Shown here one piece after another: positions 18,215 through 28,886 of a DNA stretch of 64,000 nucleotides. The stretch's first letter is position 1. Every line of letters begins with the position of its first letter. The translations under genes were made by a program, and so were the position numbers. Under the pieces are notes generated by a model that had not been told where the DNA came from, made no database searches, and worked only from the letters and a program-made list of their open reading frames with translations. Origin of the DNA: an uncultured candidate division Zixibacteria bacterium (GTDB lineage: Bacteria; Zixibacteria; MSB-5A5; GN15; PGXB01); NCBI GenBank assembly GCA_963702205.1, contig OY969724.1, positions 2,080,001 to 2,144,000 of the forward strand, written 5' to 3'.

Positions 18215-21200
18215 ATGCGAGGTACGATTCTGACATTTGCGTTGGCGCTGATTTTGATTTTTGCAACCGGTGCCAATGCCGCCAACATTTTTATCGACGC
18301 CGAAGTAACGTCGCAGGGAGCCGATCCCAACGTCGTTGAAATGGGCGACAACTTCACCCTTGATATTTATATGCAAAATTCAAGCGGCACTAATTGTCTC
18401 GGATACAGCGCCACCTGGACAATTTACAGCCCGACCGGAAACAATGTGACCTATACCAATCTTGGCGGCGCAACGTATGGTTTGCCGAGCATGATAATGG
18501 CCTACAACGGCTGGCTGCCGACGTTCACACCGGGGGCATTTTACTGGACCACACTAAACTCTTATAATATGTTCAATATGGATGGGGCTTTACCGGATAC
18601 ATTCAATCATACGACGGCCGGTATTCCGCCGACTGCCTCCTGGCCGGCGTCTGACGATACTCGTAAGCTTCGTTTTCAACTCGGTATGAACAGCGCCAAC
18701 GCCGGTACTATTTGTATCGACTCCATAAATTATGCCCCGAATGATACGTACGATTGGCTGTGGCTTACTCCTTCCGTTCCGGAATGGGGTGGCAGTCCTT
18801 TTTGTTTCAACGTCATCGATCCCAATGCACCGCAGAATCATGCTCCGGTGCTGGGGGCAATCGGTGACAAAACCGTGGCCGAGGGTTCATCCCTGGTTAT
18901 CGATCTAACCGCCACGGATGAGGATGCCGCCGATACTCTCGGATTTTCTTTCTCGCCGAGCCTAGCCAACGCTGCATTGGTTAATAACACGAGCGGTGAC
19001 AAGACCGCGACATTCACGTTTAATCCTGACTATACTCAGGCAGGTACATATCCTGTCACGTTTACGGTTACGGACGGTACCGATACCGACACCGAGACCA
19101 TAAATATCATCGTTACGCCTTCGAATCGTCCTCCCGTATTAGATGCGATCGGTGATAAATCCGTCGATGAAAACAGCTCCCTCGTAATCAATCTTTCCGC
19201 GACCGATCCCGACGGCAATTCGATGAGTTTCGGCGTGGATCCCCTCATTACGAATGCGACTTTGGTCGATCATGGCAACGGGACAGCGACGTACACATTC
19301 AATCCCGATTTTTCTCAGTCCGGTGACTACCCGGTTACTTTTTCGGTCACTGATGGCACCGATACGGACGAAGAGACAATCACGATTACGGTCAATAATG
19401 TCAATCAGACGCCGATTCTGGCCAATATCGGGGATAAAGTCGTGGCCGAAGGCGCTTCATTGCAGATCGACTTGTCCGCCACTGACGGCGACAATGACGC
19501 CCTGTCGTTTGATGTAACGCCTGACATCGCCCACGCTTCGCTTTTGGATAACGGTGACGGAACCGCTACTTATACATTTGATCCCGACTATACTCAGGCC
19601 GGCGATCACGTGGTTGAGTTTTCGGTTACCGACGGCATTGATACCGATGCCGAGACGATTACCATTACGGTCACCAATACCAATCGTGCTCCGGAACTGG
19701 CCGCAATTGGCAATATGACCGTACCCGAAGGCGTGACTCTCCAGTTCGACATCTTCGCAACCGATGCGGATGGTGACCCGCTTACTTTTTCAGTAGATCC
19801 GGCGGTACCTAATGCGGAACTCATGAATAATATGGACGGTACTGCAACCTATACATTCAACCCCGATTATTCCCAGGCCGGTGATATACCGGTGACGTTT
19901 TCGGTTACCGACGGCACCGATAGCGACAACGAATTGATTACGATTACGGTTACCGATGTCAACCAGCCGCCGGTATTGTCTCCGATTGGACCTCTGGGAG
20001 TCGAAGTGGGCAATACGCTGTCTTTCGTTATAAGTGCCCATGATGACGATGGCACGACCCCGACGCTTCACGCGGACTTCCTGCCGGCCAATGCCAGCCT
20101 GGACGACAATCTTGATGGTACCGCATTTTTCACTTTTATACCGGATGCCTCGCAAGTCGGTGAACACGAAGTCCTGTTTTACGCTTCGGACGGTGTTCTG
20201 GCCGATTCCGAGTACGTCATTATTAATGTGACAATGGGAAATGTCGCGCCGGTTCTTGCCCCCATAGGAGATCAGACGATTGCTGAAGGCGAGAATTTGA
20301 CAATCGAATTAAGCGCCTCCGACGGCAATGGTGATGACCTGACCTTTTCGGTCGACCCCGTTCTCCTTAACTCGAACCTGGTCGATCATGGCGATGGAAC
20401 CGCGACTTATACTTTTGATCCGAATTATTCGCAGTCCGGTGTTTATCCCGTGAAATTCACAGTGTCCGACGGTGTCCTCAGCGACGATGAAACCATAGAT
20501 ATAACCGTGACGGACGTCAATCGTGCCCCGGTGGCAGTCGATCCGGGCGCGAAGTCGGTGGACGAAGGCAGCTCTCTGAATTTCACGTTCGAGGCCACCG
20601 ATCCCGATGGTGACCCGCTGACTCTGAGCGTCGAGGGGAATCCGGCCAATTCGAGCTTCCTGGATAACGGCGATGGCACCGGTGATTTCGCGTTCAATCC
20701 GGACTTTACCCAGGCAAACGTTTATATGGTCGGGTTTATAGCGACCGACGGTTCGCTGGCCGATACGGTGAGCGTGGAAATCACCGTCAACGACGTACCC
20801 CAGCCTCCGGTTCTGGCGGCTATCGGCGACAAAACTGTCTACGAAGGTGAAACATTGACGTTTATTGTTTCGGCTACCGACTCTGACGGTGATATACTGT
20901 CGTTCTCGGTCGATCCGGAACTGACCAACTCAACGTTCACTAACAATCACGATAATACCTATACATATATATTTTCACCCGATATGGACCAGCAGGGTGA
21001 CTATGACGTAACCTTTACCGTATCGGATGGCACATTCACCGATGACGAGACAATTACTATCTCGGTAATAGACGTCGTGCCGGTAACAATCGTAACCGAT
21101 CCGACTGAATTCAATGTGACTCTTACTGAAGGTCAGTCGGCCAATTTCGATCTGGACGTAGCCGAAGGTATCGATCGCAACGTCGATTTCACGATTTCCG

Positions 21201-23602
21201 ACGACGCCTCCTGGCTGAATATTGTTCCCTCGGCGGCCGAATATTACACGACGCCGATGAGCTTCAGTCTAAATATCAATACGACCAACGTCGATCCCGG
21301 TGATTACACCGGGCACATCACTATTTCGGAATACATGATTCCGGGCAAGCAATTCAGCGACGTAATCGTGCCCGTGAATCTGACGGTCAACGCGCTGAGC
21401 ACGATGCCCGATTCGATCTGGATGTCATCGGTGCCGGGTATTCCCGGAAACGAAGCGGTCGTGCCGGTGTATTTCAAGACCGAATCAATGCTTTCGGCCA
21501 TAAACCTGCCGATTACCTGGAATTCCAACAACGTCGTTTTGGATGCGGTGACCTTCGACGGTACGGTTATGAATGATTATGACACTAAGTCGGTCACGAT
21601 AAATAATACTACTCGCCGGGCCATGATTACGATCGCGCCGATATTCAACGGTCCGATTATGCCCGACCGGGGCATGATGGCCAAGCTGCATTTCACGGTC
21701 CTCGAAACCGCGATCCCGGGATTTGTCGATATCGATTCGACGACGATTGTTCCCGGCGGTGGGCTGGCCTTTGTCGACGAATATTACAATATGATTACTC
21801 CGTCTTTTACAATGGGAACGATCATTATCGGATCCGGCGATGCCTTTGTTTGCGGCCGAGTCATTGATATTTACGGCCATGAAATCGAAGGCGCCACGGT
21901 TGAACTCTGGAACAGTTTCCCGTCGGGTGCGCTGATTTCATCCCATATGACCGATGTCAACGGCCAGTTTGCGTGCGAAAGTGAATCTATTTTCCCGTTC
22001 GACGCATATGCCTATAAAGAAGGCTATTATCCCGGAACGCTGGAAGAGATCCAGGTCAGCGACATCGGCTTCGATATTGTCCTGACGCCGGTCGATATGC
22101 CGGTAGGATCGCCGTACTGGGTTACTTTCTATTGCGATAATAACACTTACTATAATGTCCCGCTGCCGGTTGGATCAGTAGTCGATGCCTATGATCCCCA
22201 GGGCGTCCATTGCGGGTCGGTTTTTGTCACCGAGCCGGGCAAATTCACCCTGGCCGTATTCGGCGACGAAATAAACACAATTGAAGACGAAGGCGCCGAA
22301 CCGGGCGATGAAATTGACCTGTTCATCAACGGCCTCCCGGCCAAGAGCATGGGCGATAACGTCTGGACGGCCAACGGCGACCGCGCCGAGGTTTGCTTGG
22401 ACCTGCAATCCACCGAGGATCGGTCCATCACGCTTCGTTCCGGCTGGAACCTGATTTCGTGGAATGTCGATACGCCGATTGACGATATCGACCAGGTCCT
22501 GGCGCCGATTTATGATTGCATTGATGTCGTTCTCGGCTTCGACCAGGGCGGCTTCACTTTCGATCCGGCCCTGCTCGACTTCTCGACCCTCTGGGATGTC
22601 GATCATATGCACGGCTACTGGGTCAGGATAAAAGACGATTGCGGTCCGACCGTCGATCTGCCGATTACGGGCGTGCCGGTCTCCGCGACGACTCCGATTA
22701 TGCTGAATAAGGGCTGGAACCTGGTATCGTACCTCCCTCAGGTTGAGGATACCGTTACCAGTGCCCTCGGTTCGGTCAATGACAATTTGATTCTGGCCCT
22801 CGGTTACGACGGTGTCCCGCTGACCTACGATCCGAGCCTGGCTGATTATTACTGGACGCTCCAGCACATGGGTCCGGGGTATGGCTACTGGCTGAAGACG
22901 ATGGCTGCGGATGTCCTGATTTATCCGGGAACCGGTCCGACCGTATTTGCCCGTCAGCCGTATGCGGTCACCAAGGCGGCTACGATTGACGGCATGTCGA
23001 CCAGCCGCGTGTGGATGAATCTGTATGCTCATCAGTTGGTCCTTGACAATGATATAGTCGTCAACGGCGCCGAAGTGCTGGCCAGGACAACCGACGACCG
23101 TGTTGTCGGTCGCGCTATGGTTCACGACAACGGCAAGTTTGGCTTTATGGCCGTCTACGGCGATGATCCGTACACATCGGAAAAAGAAGGTCTTGCCCCG
23201 GGTGAGAAATTCTATCTGGTGGTCGACGGCGTTCGTGCCTCCGAGACGTTCACCTGGTCGGAACCGGGTGCCAAGGAAGAAATTCAGGCGCTGAGTTCGG
23301 CCAACGGTGAGCCGGTCATTCCAGCGGCATATTCACTGTCACAGAACTACCCCAACCCGTTCAACCCGTCGACCCAGATCAGTTTCTCGGTCCCGGCGCC
23401 CACGCACGTGACGGTTGAGGTTTATAATATCCTTGGCAAGAAAGTCGCGACGGTCTTTGACGACATGGCCGCGGCCGGTGAAAACACCGTAACCTGGAAT
23501 GGCAGCGATCAAAACGGCAATAACGTGGCCTCGGGTGTCTACTTCTACCGGATGCAGGCCGACAATTTCGTCGAATCACGCAAGATGGTTTTGATGAAGT
23601 AA
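18215..23602 (+). CDS. Giant secreted surface protein: 8 cadherin/Ig-like repeats, BACON-like, cohesin-like, GWNL repeats, C-terminal FlgD/T9SS-type sorting domain
   Basis: Signal peptide; eight ~94-aa N.APVL..IGD repeats; QNYPNPFNPST...SGVYFYR...KMVLMK; AAGGAG RBS. Confidence 0.85.
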   Translation: MRGTILTFALALILIFATGANAANIFIDAEVTSQGADPNVVEMGDNFTLDIYMQNSSGTNCLGYSATWTIYSPTGNNVTYTNLGGATYGLPSMIMAYNGWLPTFTPGAFYWTTLNSYNMFNMDGALPDTFNHTTAGIPPTASWPASDDTRKLRFQLGMNSANAGTICIDSINYAPNDTYDWLWLTPSVPEWGGSPFCFNVIDPNAPQNHAPVLGAIGDKTVAEGSSLVIDLTATDEDAADTLGFSFSPSLANAALVNNTSGDKTATFTFNPDYTQAGTYPVTFTVTDGTDTDTETINIIVTPSNRPPVLDAIGDKSVDENSSLVINLSATDPDGNSMSFGVDPLITNATLVDHGNGTATYTFNPDFSQSGDYPVTFSVTDGTDTDEETITITVNNVNQTPILANIGDKVVAEGASLQIDLSATDGDNDALSFDVTPDIAHASLLDNGDGTATYTFDPDYTQAGDHVVEFSVTDGIDTDAETITITVTNTNRAPELAAIGNMTVPEGVTLQFDIFATDADGDPLTFSVDPAVPNAELMNNMDGTATYTFNPDYSQAGDIPVTFSVTDGTDSDNELITITVTDVNQPPVLSPIGPLGVEVGNTLSFVISAHDDDGTTPTLHADFLPANASLDDNLDGTAFFTFIPDASQVGEHEVLFYASDGVLADSEYVIINVTMGNVAPVLAPIGDQTIAEGENLTIELSASDGNGDDLTFSVDPVLLNSNLVDHGDGTATYTFDPNYSQSGVYPVKFTVSDGVLSDDETIDITVTDVNRAPVAVDPGAKSVDEGSSLNFTFEATDPDGDPLTLSVEGNPANSSFLDNGDGTGDFAFNPDFTQANVYMVGFIATDGSLADTVSVEITVNDVPQPPVLAAIGDKTVYEGETLTFIVSATDSDGDILSFSVDPELTNSTFTNNHDNTYTYIFSPDMDQQGDYDVTFTVSDGTFTDDETITISVIDVVPVTIVTDPTEFNVTLTEGQSANFDLDVAEGIDRNVDFTISDDASWLNIVPSAAEYYTTPMSFSLNINTTNVDPGDYTGHITISEYMIPGKQFSDVIVPVNLTVNALSTMPDSIWMSSVPGIPGNEAVVPVYFKTESMLSAINLPITWNSNNVVLDAVTFDGTVMNDYDTKSVTINNTTRRAMITIAPIFNGPIMPDRGMMAKLHFTVLETAIPGFVDIDSTTIVPGGGLAFVDEYYNMITPSFTMGTIIIGSGDAFVCGRVIDIYGHEIEGATVELWNSFPSGALISSHMTDVNGQFACESESIFPFDAYAYKEGYYPGTLEEIQVSDIGFDIVLTPVDMPVGSPYWVTFYCDNNTYYNVPLPVGSVVDAYDPQGVHCGSVFVTEPGKFTLAVFGDEINTIEDEGAEPGDEIDLFINGLPAKSMGDNVWTANGDRAEVCLDLQSTEDRSITLRSGWNLISWNVDTPIDDIDQVLAPIYDCIDVVLGFDQGGFTFDPALLDFSTLWDVDHMHGYWVRIKDDCGPTVDLPITGVPVSATTPIMLNKGWNLVSYLPQVEDTVTSALGSVNDNLILALGYDGVPLTYDPSLADYYWTLQHMGPGYGYWLKTMAADVLIYPGTGPTVFARQPYAVTKAATIDGMSTSRVWMNLYAHQLVLDNDIVVNGAEVLARTTDDRVVGRAMVHDNGKFGFMAVYGDDPYTSEKEGLAPGEKFYLVVDGVRASETFTWSEPGAKEEIQALSSANGEPVIPAAYSLSQNYPNPFNPSTQISFSVPAPTHVTVEVYNILGKKVATVFDDMAAAGENTVTWNGSDQNGNNVASGVYFYRMQADNFVESRKMVLMK
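18836..21075 (+). repeat. Eight tandem ~94-aa Ig/cadherin-like coding repeats
   Basis: Repeat starts NHAPVL, NRPPVL, NQTPIL, NRAPEL, NQPPVL, NVAPVL, NRAPVA, PQPPVL. Confidence 0.85.
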
Positions 23603-23666
23603 ATTGGAAACCGAATTCTTAAGCCGGTCGCCCGTAATACGGCGACCGGTTAAGGAAGGTGATATT

Positions 23667-24686
23667 GTGATATCGAAAATATCCAAAATATTGATTATGA
23701 CGGCGTTGGCGGCGATTACGGCTTCACTGGCGATAGCGGGGGGAAATTCGTTCCCCGTATGGTCCGATTTTTACGGCGATGCTTCATTATACAACGGCCT
23801 GCCATTGCCGGTCGGTTCGATTGTTGAAGCCTATGACTCGCAGGGCACTTTGTGCGGGACCTTCGTGGTTAAGGTCGAAGGAAAGTACGGCCTGCTGGGT
23901 GCGTTTGGTGATGACGCCGATACCCCGGAAGATGAGGGTGCCGTTGCCGGAGAGACCATTTCGTTCAAAATCAATGGCCGGGATGCGACGACGTTTGGTC
24001 CCGATGATCCGACCTGGCAGGGGATGGGCTCCATCAAGAATGTCAATCTTTCGGCCAATGCGCTTGTCGGAATAGAAGAAGTCGAATTTCCCACGGATCA
24101 ATATTCCGGTCCCGGAGAAACTGTGCACTATTCGGTTGTCTTCCGCAATACCGGCGAGGGAACCGATTTCTATACGATCGAAGGCACGTCGTCCAACGGC
24201 TGGATAGTGAATCCACAAGCCGATCTGGTGTACGTCGGGTCGATGGAAGTCGGCAGTATTGGTATCGACGTCGTCGTGCCGCCGCTGGCTCCGAATAACA
24301 TAACCGACGTGCTCGATTTCACGGTACGCTCCGGTGTCGATCCGTCCGTAACCCTGTCGGGAAGTGTCAATACTTTTGTAATTACGTCGGCGGTTCCGGG
24401 TGACGACGATCCCCTGATTCCGCAAACGTTTTCGCTGCACCAGAATTATCCGAATCCCTTTAATCCGATGACGACGATTTCGTTCGAGCTCCCGAAACGA
24501 TCCGAAACGACCCTTGAAGTTTTCAATCTGCTCGGGCAATCGGTAGACAAATTCGACCTGGGCGTTTTGAACGCCGGACCGAATTCGTTCACCTATAATG
24601 CTGGAAATATGCCGAGTGGGGTGTATTTTTACAGCGTTAAAGCCGGTGATAACAAGGCGACTATGAAGATGGTATTGTTAAAATAA
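23667..24686 (+). CDS. Secreted protein with T9SS-type C-terminal domain, sharing a domain with the upstream giant protein
   Basis: Signal peptide after GTG 23667; LPVGSIVEAYD...GDDADTPEDEGA; QNYPNPFNP...KMVLLK. Confidence 0.8.
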   Translation: MISKISKILIMTALAAITASLAIAGGNSFPVWSDFYGDASLYNGLPLPVGSIVEAYDSQGTLCGTFVVKVEGKYGLLGAFGDDADTPEDEGAVAGETISFKINGRDATTFGPDDPTWQGMGSIKNVNLSANALVGIEEVEFPTDQYSGPGETVHYSVVFRNTGEGTDFYTIEGTSSNGWIVNPQADLVYVGSMEVGSIGIDVVVPPLAPNNITDVLDFTVRSGVDPSVTLSGSVNTFVITSAVPGDDDPLIPQTFSLHQNYPNPFNPMTTISFELPKRSETTLEVFNLLGQSVDKFDLGVLNAGPNSFTYNAGNMPSGVYFYSVKAGDNKATMKMVLLK

Positions 24687-24707
24687 CCCCGATACGCTCT
24701 TATTGTT

Positions 24708-24737
24708 GGGCCCCTCGCGAGTGCGGGGGGCTTTTTT
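24708..24737 (+). terminator. Rho-independent terminator
   Basis: GC-rich stem GCCCCTCGC-gagt-GCGGGGGGC followed by T6. Confidence 0.75.
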
Positions 24738-24815
24738 CTTTAAAGTTTTTATTTGCAATATATTAAGAAGTTTTTTTATAATTTTTAAATATCGGATTTT
24801 TGCTTTGAGGTTGAC

Positions 24816-25817
24816 TTGAGTTTACAGATTACCGCCGCCGGAAATACCAACGTCGGTTTGGTCAGAAGTCAAAACGAGGATTTTCTTTTTCTCGACGCTG
24901 ATAATGATCTGTATGTCGTTTGCGACGGCATGGGCGGCCACCAGGCCGGTGAAGTGGCTTCCAGTGAAGCGTGTAACATAATTCATTATTGCTTTACCGA
25001 CTTGCCGTCGACGCTGGCCGAGGACAGCGTGCTGGCTCTTCCGGCCGATCTTCCTGCGCGGGGAAGTCTTCTGGTGCAGTCAATTCGCCTGGCCAACCGG
25101 AGTGTCTACCGCCATTCCCGTTCTCACAGCGATCTTTCCGGTATGGGGACGACCGTGGTCGGGATGGCCTTTCAGGATTACCGGGTTTGTATAGCACATG
25201 TCGGAGACAGCCGCGCCTACAGGCTTACCGAAACTTCGCTGATTCCTCTGACGACCGATCATTCCTGGGTCTCCGAACTGCAGAAAAACGGCCAGGTGAG
25301 CGAAAAAGAGGCATCACAAATAGTCAACCGTAATGTTATCACCCGCGCGCTGGGAATTAGTGAAAGAGTCGACATTGATTTTCGCGCCAGCAAAATCAGC
25401 AAGGGCGATGTATACATATTATGCACCGACGGTTTGTGCGGTTTCGTGGACGATGAAGACATATTTTCGGTGGCATCGGCGTGCGGCAAGGATGTCAATA
25501 AAATCACCAGTCAACTGGTTCAACTGGCCAATGAACGGGGGGGACAGGATAACGTCACGGTTCTGGCGGCCCGGGTCGATGCGGTCGACATAATTGAAAA
25601 TCCCGAGGAAATCACGCCCGTGACCATATCCGGCGAAAGCGAAGAAGCCCTGTTTCGCGAGAATGAATTATTGGATTCCTTCAAGAAGCCAGCGGAACCC
25701 GGCGAATATATTCCTCCGTCGATGCCGGCGAGGCGGCATGGCATATCGCTCTGGATAGTCTTTTTGATATTTATCGCTCTGGCCGTTCTGTTCGTTTATC
25801 TGATAAATAATAAATAA
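24816..25817 (+). CDS. PP2C-family Ser/Thr phosphatase (Stp1/PrpC-like) with C-terminal membrane anchor
   Basis: RSQNED, CDGMGGH, GMGTT, HVGDSR, DHS, CTDGL, GGQDNVT; terminal TM helix; TTG start. Confidence 0.92.
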   Translation: MSLQITAAGNTNVGLVRSQNEDFLFLDADNDLYVVCDGMGGHQAGEVASSEACNIIHYCFTDLPSTLAEDSVLALPADLPARGSLLVQSIRLANRSVYRHSRSHSDLSGMGTTVVGMAFQDYRVCIAHVGDSRAYRLTETSLIPLTTDHSWVSELQKNGQVSEKEASQIVNRNVITRALGISERVDIDFRASKISKGDVYILCTDGLCGFVDDEDIFSVASACGKDVNKITSQLVQLANERGGQDNVTVLAARVDAVDIIENPEEITPVTISGESEEALFRENELLDSFKKPAEPGEYIPPSMPARRHGISLWIVFLIFIALAVLFVYLINNK

Positions 25818-25900
25818 TTTCGTACGCAAATTATATTTCGGTTTTATTTTGATTGACAATTTAGTGAATTTGTCCATATTAATAGGCCGTTGCAACGAAT

Positions 25901-25974
25901 GCGCCCATAGCTCAATTGGATAGAGCGTCTGGCTACGGACCAGAAGGTTGGGGGTTCGATTCCTCCTGGGCGTG
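25901..25974 (+). tRNA. tRNA-Arg(ACG)
   Basis: Acceptor GCGCCCA/TGGGCGT, anticodon arm TCTGG-CT ACG GA-CCAGA, GTTCGATTC. Confidence 0.97.
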
Positions 25975-26014
25975 TTTTTTTTTGCCCATATTCCCGATTT
26001 AAAAAATCCTTGTC

Positions 26015-27745
26015 ATGGAATTAAAAGATAGGTTATCATTTGGAAAAGGCAATCTTATGGGGATTTTTATTATGGGCAAAATTCCGGCTTCGGGACAAAG
26101 TCAGGCTTCTGCATTTTTATTCGGTATTTTATTCGTGCTGGTCGTTGCTATAGCCAGCCAATTTCTTTTCTCGTGGATAGGGTTTAATCCTACCGATGAT
26201 GGATTCATTTTGGCTTATTCGGTTCGTCTGATCGATGGCCAGGTTCCGCACCGGGATTTCATATCATTGAGACCGGTTGGTTCGGCGATTCTGCATGTGC
26301 CCGAAGTCTTGATCGGCGGCGAACATACAAGGCTTCTGGCCAGATTTGTCGTCTGCCTCGAACTGGCCGTTGCCGCCTGGTGCTGGGTCTTGATTTCGAT
26401 GCAATTCTTTAAGAGAAAATGGCCGATCTGGGTGTTGCCCGCGCTGGGTTTGATAATCTTCTGTATCTCAAGCTTTTATTCACTATTGAAAGGTCCCTGG
26501 CATACAATGGATGGCTATTTTCTGGTATCGGTCGGATTATATCTTTGCCTGCGGCGGCCTGCAGCAGCGAAGTTTTTCGGCTACTTGCTGCTGGGATTGG
26601 CCTATACGTGCAAACAAAGTTTCCTGCTTGCCGGACCTTTGTCACTGGTTGTTCTGGGTGATTGGAAGAAGATTCGTTACTGGATTGTGTTCGCATTCCC
26701 GGGAATTGTGTATCTGTTTTGGATGGCTTTGGCCGGGGCCCTCGATGACATGATAATACAGTTTACGGGCCAGACCGGTATCCTGCGAATCGGTGTCCTG
26801 AGTTATCTGGGCAATTTGTATGTTTGGAGCGGAATATTGATTGGATCAATCCTGTCAGTGTTGTTTTTATCCGATGCTAAAATGCCCGAAGTTCTCTCCG
26901 GCCGGAATCGGCGCGCGTTTGTATCCATAGGTATTATCGTCGCTGTCTTTTTATTTTCGGTTTATCTTAAGGGCAAATTCTCGATACATGATATATCATT
27001 TTGTCTTTTCGGATGTCTTTTGGCGGTCATGGTGTTTCAAATAATATACGGCGGGGCCAGGTTGACATTGTGGCGACTGTCGGCGCTGGGGCTTATTCTC
27101 GCCTGGAGTGTGTCTATTTCGTTGGGTGGCAATTTCCCGGGGCGCGGTACCGGTCCTCTGTTTTTAGTATTGTTGCTTGTCTTTATCGACGCCTTCTTTG
27201 TGAGCGAAAAGCCGGTCACAAAATACAAGTGGATGCCGTCGGCGATAATATTCGTAACGGCGTTGATGATTGCGGGGGTTTTTTATTATGCCCGGAGACA
27301 TCTGGCGTATCGCGACATGCCGGCTTCGGCCTTGAAGTCCGACCTGGGGGACGTTTTGTGCGGCGGGAGGGGCATTAAAACCAACCAAAGAACATATGCC
27401 TTCCTGGCCGATCTCAATAAAGCCGTCGAACTAACCGACGACGAACAATATTGCATCATTCCCGATCTGGCGGGTTACTGGGTCTGTTCGCCGCAGCCCA
27501 ACCCGTTACCGATTGACTGGGTTCAGGGGACAGAACTGTGTAAGCCGGATCTTACCAGACGAGTCACCGATTATATTCTATCTCATAAGGGGAAAGAATG
27601 CGTCATTGTCCAAAAGGTGAGAGCCGACAGGCTCAAATTTGGCTTTGAGGAATTACCGATAAACGATCACTATGAAGTCGTTAGGTTCGTCAAACAGCAT
27701 TTGTCGTTGAAAGACACCACGGCATATTTTGAAATATATAATTAA
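26015..27745 (+). CDS. Polytopic membrane protein, putative GT-C-fold glycosyltransferase (start codon uncertain)
   Basis: About 12 hydrophobic segments; DDG acidic motif after the first TM, PHRDF, KQ motif; soluble C-terminal domain. Confidence 0.55.
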   Translation: MELKDRLSFGKGNLMGIFIMGKIPASGQSQASAFLFGILFVLVVAIASQFLFSWIGFNPTDDGFILAYSVRLIDGQVPHRDFISLRPVGSAILHVPEVLIGGEHTRLLARFVVCLELAVAAWCWVLISMQFFKRKWPIWVLPALGLIIFCISSFYSLLKGPWHTMDGYFLVSVGLYLCLRRPAAAKFFGYLLLGLAYTCKQSFLLAGPLSLVVLGDWKKIRYWIVFAFPGIVYLFWMALAGALDDMIIQFTGQTGILRIGVLSYLGNLYVWSGILIGSILSVLFLSDAKMPEVLSGRNRRAFVSIGIIVAVFLFSVYLKGKFSIHDISFCLFGCLLAVMVFQIIYGGARLTLWRLSALGLILAWSVSISLGGNFPGRGTGPLFLVLLLVFIDAFFVSEKPVTKYKWMPSAIIFVTALMIAGVFYYARRHLAYRDMPASALKSDLGDVLCGGRGIKTNQRTYAFLADLNKAVELTDDEQYCIIPDLAGYWVCSPQPNPLPIDWVQGTELCKPDLTRRVTDYILSHKGKECVIVQKVRADRLKFGFEELPINDHYEVVRFVKQHLSLKDTTAYFEIYN

Positions 27746-27772
27746 CGGCTGTCCGTAATTGTTGAAAAGATA

Positions 27773-28783
27773 TTAACTCATTCGTCCGGCCAGAGTCTCC
27801 AAAGACTGTGTGCTGCCGATCAATATCAATATGTCTCCCGGGCGGATTATCAGGCCGGGATCGGGATTAATTGAAAGCGATTGGTTGGGTTTTTTTACGC
27901 CAATAACCGTCACGCCAAATTCGGCTTTGATGCGGCTGTCGACCAGCGACTTGCCGGCGTAATCGCATTTTTCAGGAACCATCAGTTCTTCTATGCCAAG
28001 CCCGGCTTCTCCCAGAGACGTCATTTGCATGAAATCGACCACATTCGGACGAAGCGACGCCATTGCCATCCTCATGCCGCCCAGCACATGGGGGCTGACG
28101 ACGACATTGGCTCCGGCCCGCTTGAGTTTCTTTTCGCCGTGGGAGTGGTCGGCACGGGCAATTATCAGCAAGTTGGGATTCATATGGCGGGCCGTGAGGG
28201 TGAGGTAGACGTTGTCGGCTTCACTGGGCAGGGTGGAAACCAGCACTTTGGCTCTGTCCATTCCCGCTTCGTCCAATACGATATCTTCGGTGGCTTCGCC
28301 GGAAACGTATGAATATCCGGTCGATTCAAGATAGTTGATGGCGGCATTATCGTTTTCTATAACGACAAAGGGCACCCTGCGGCGGGCGTATTCATCGGCT
28401 ACCTGCCGACCGACCCGGCCGAAACCGGCGATGATGTGATGATCATCCAGACGTTTTATTTTTTTATCCATCTTTCTTCTCCCCAGAATGCGGCGTAATT
28501 CGCCCTCAAGTATCATTTGCCCGACGGCTGTGGCGCCATAGGTTACCCCGGCCACACCGAAAATTATCAGGCCCACTATAAAAATCCGACCGGCCGGGTG
28601 CAACGGATGAACTTCGCCGAATCCCACGGTCGAAAGGGTTATAATTGTCATATATAGTGCGTCCAGCGGATCCATATTTTCGATCATTATGAGGCCCAAA
28701 GTCCCGATCAAAATAAGAGTTGCCAGAAGGAGCATGGCCAACTGGAATTTCTTCACCGGTGATAATAAAGGTTTTTGAGGCAT
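27773..28783 (-). CDS. Potassium channel with RCK (TrkA-N/TrkA-C) domains
   Basis: Pore TLSTVGFG, GFGRVG Rossmann motif, C-terminal RCK-C. Confidence 0.92.
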   Translation of the reverse strand: MPQKPLLSPVKKFQLAMLLLATLILIGTLGLIMIENMDPLDALYMTIITLSTVGFGEVHPLHPAGRIFIVGLIIFGVAGVTYGATAVGQMILEGELRRILGRRKMDKKIKRLDDHHIIAGFGRVGRQVADEYARRRVPFVVIENDNAAINYLESTGYSYVSGEATEDIVLDEAGMDRAKVLVSTLPSEADNVYLTLTARHMNPNLLIIARADHSHGEKKLKRAGANVVVSPHVLGGMRMAMASLRPNVVDFMQMTSLGEAGLGIEELMVPEKCDYAGKSLVDSRIKAEFGVTVIGVKKPNQSLSINPDPGLIIRPGDILILIGSTQSLETLAGRMS

Positions 28784-28886
28784 GGGCCAAAGATATATCG
28801 GTGAAATATCTTGCGCAACTTTTATCTCTATCGAACTATGAGGTGCTATTGCATTTTTCCCTGTAGGGGTTTATCATAACAAACAA

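Noticed and set aside
14685..25974. Genomic island integrated at tRNA-Pro or tRNA-Arg
   Set aside because: No integrase and no duplicated tRNA 3' end seen by eye.
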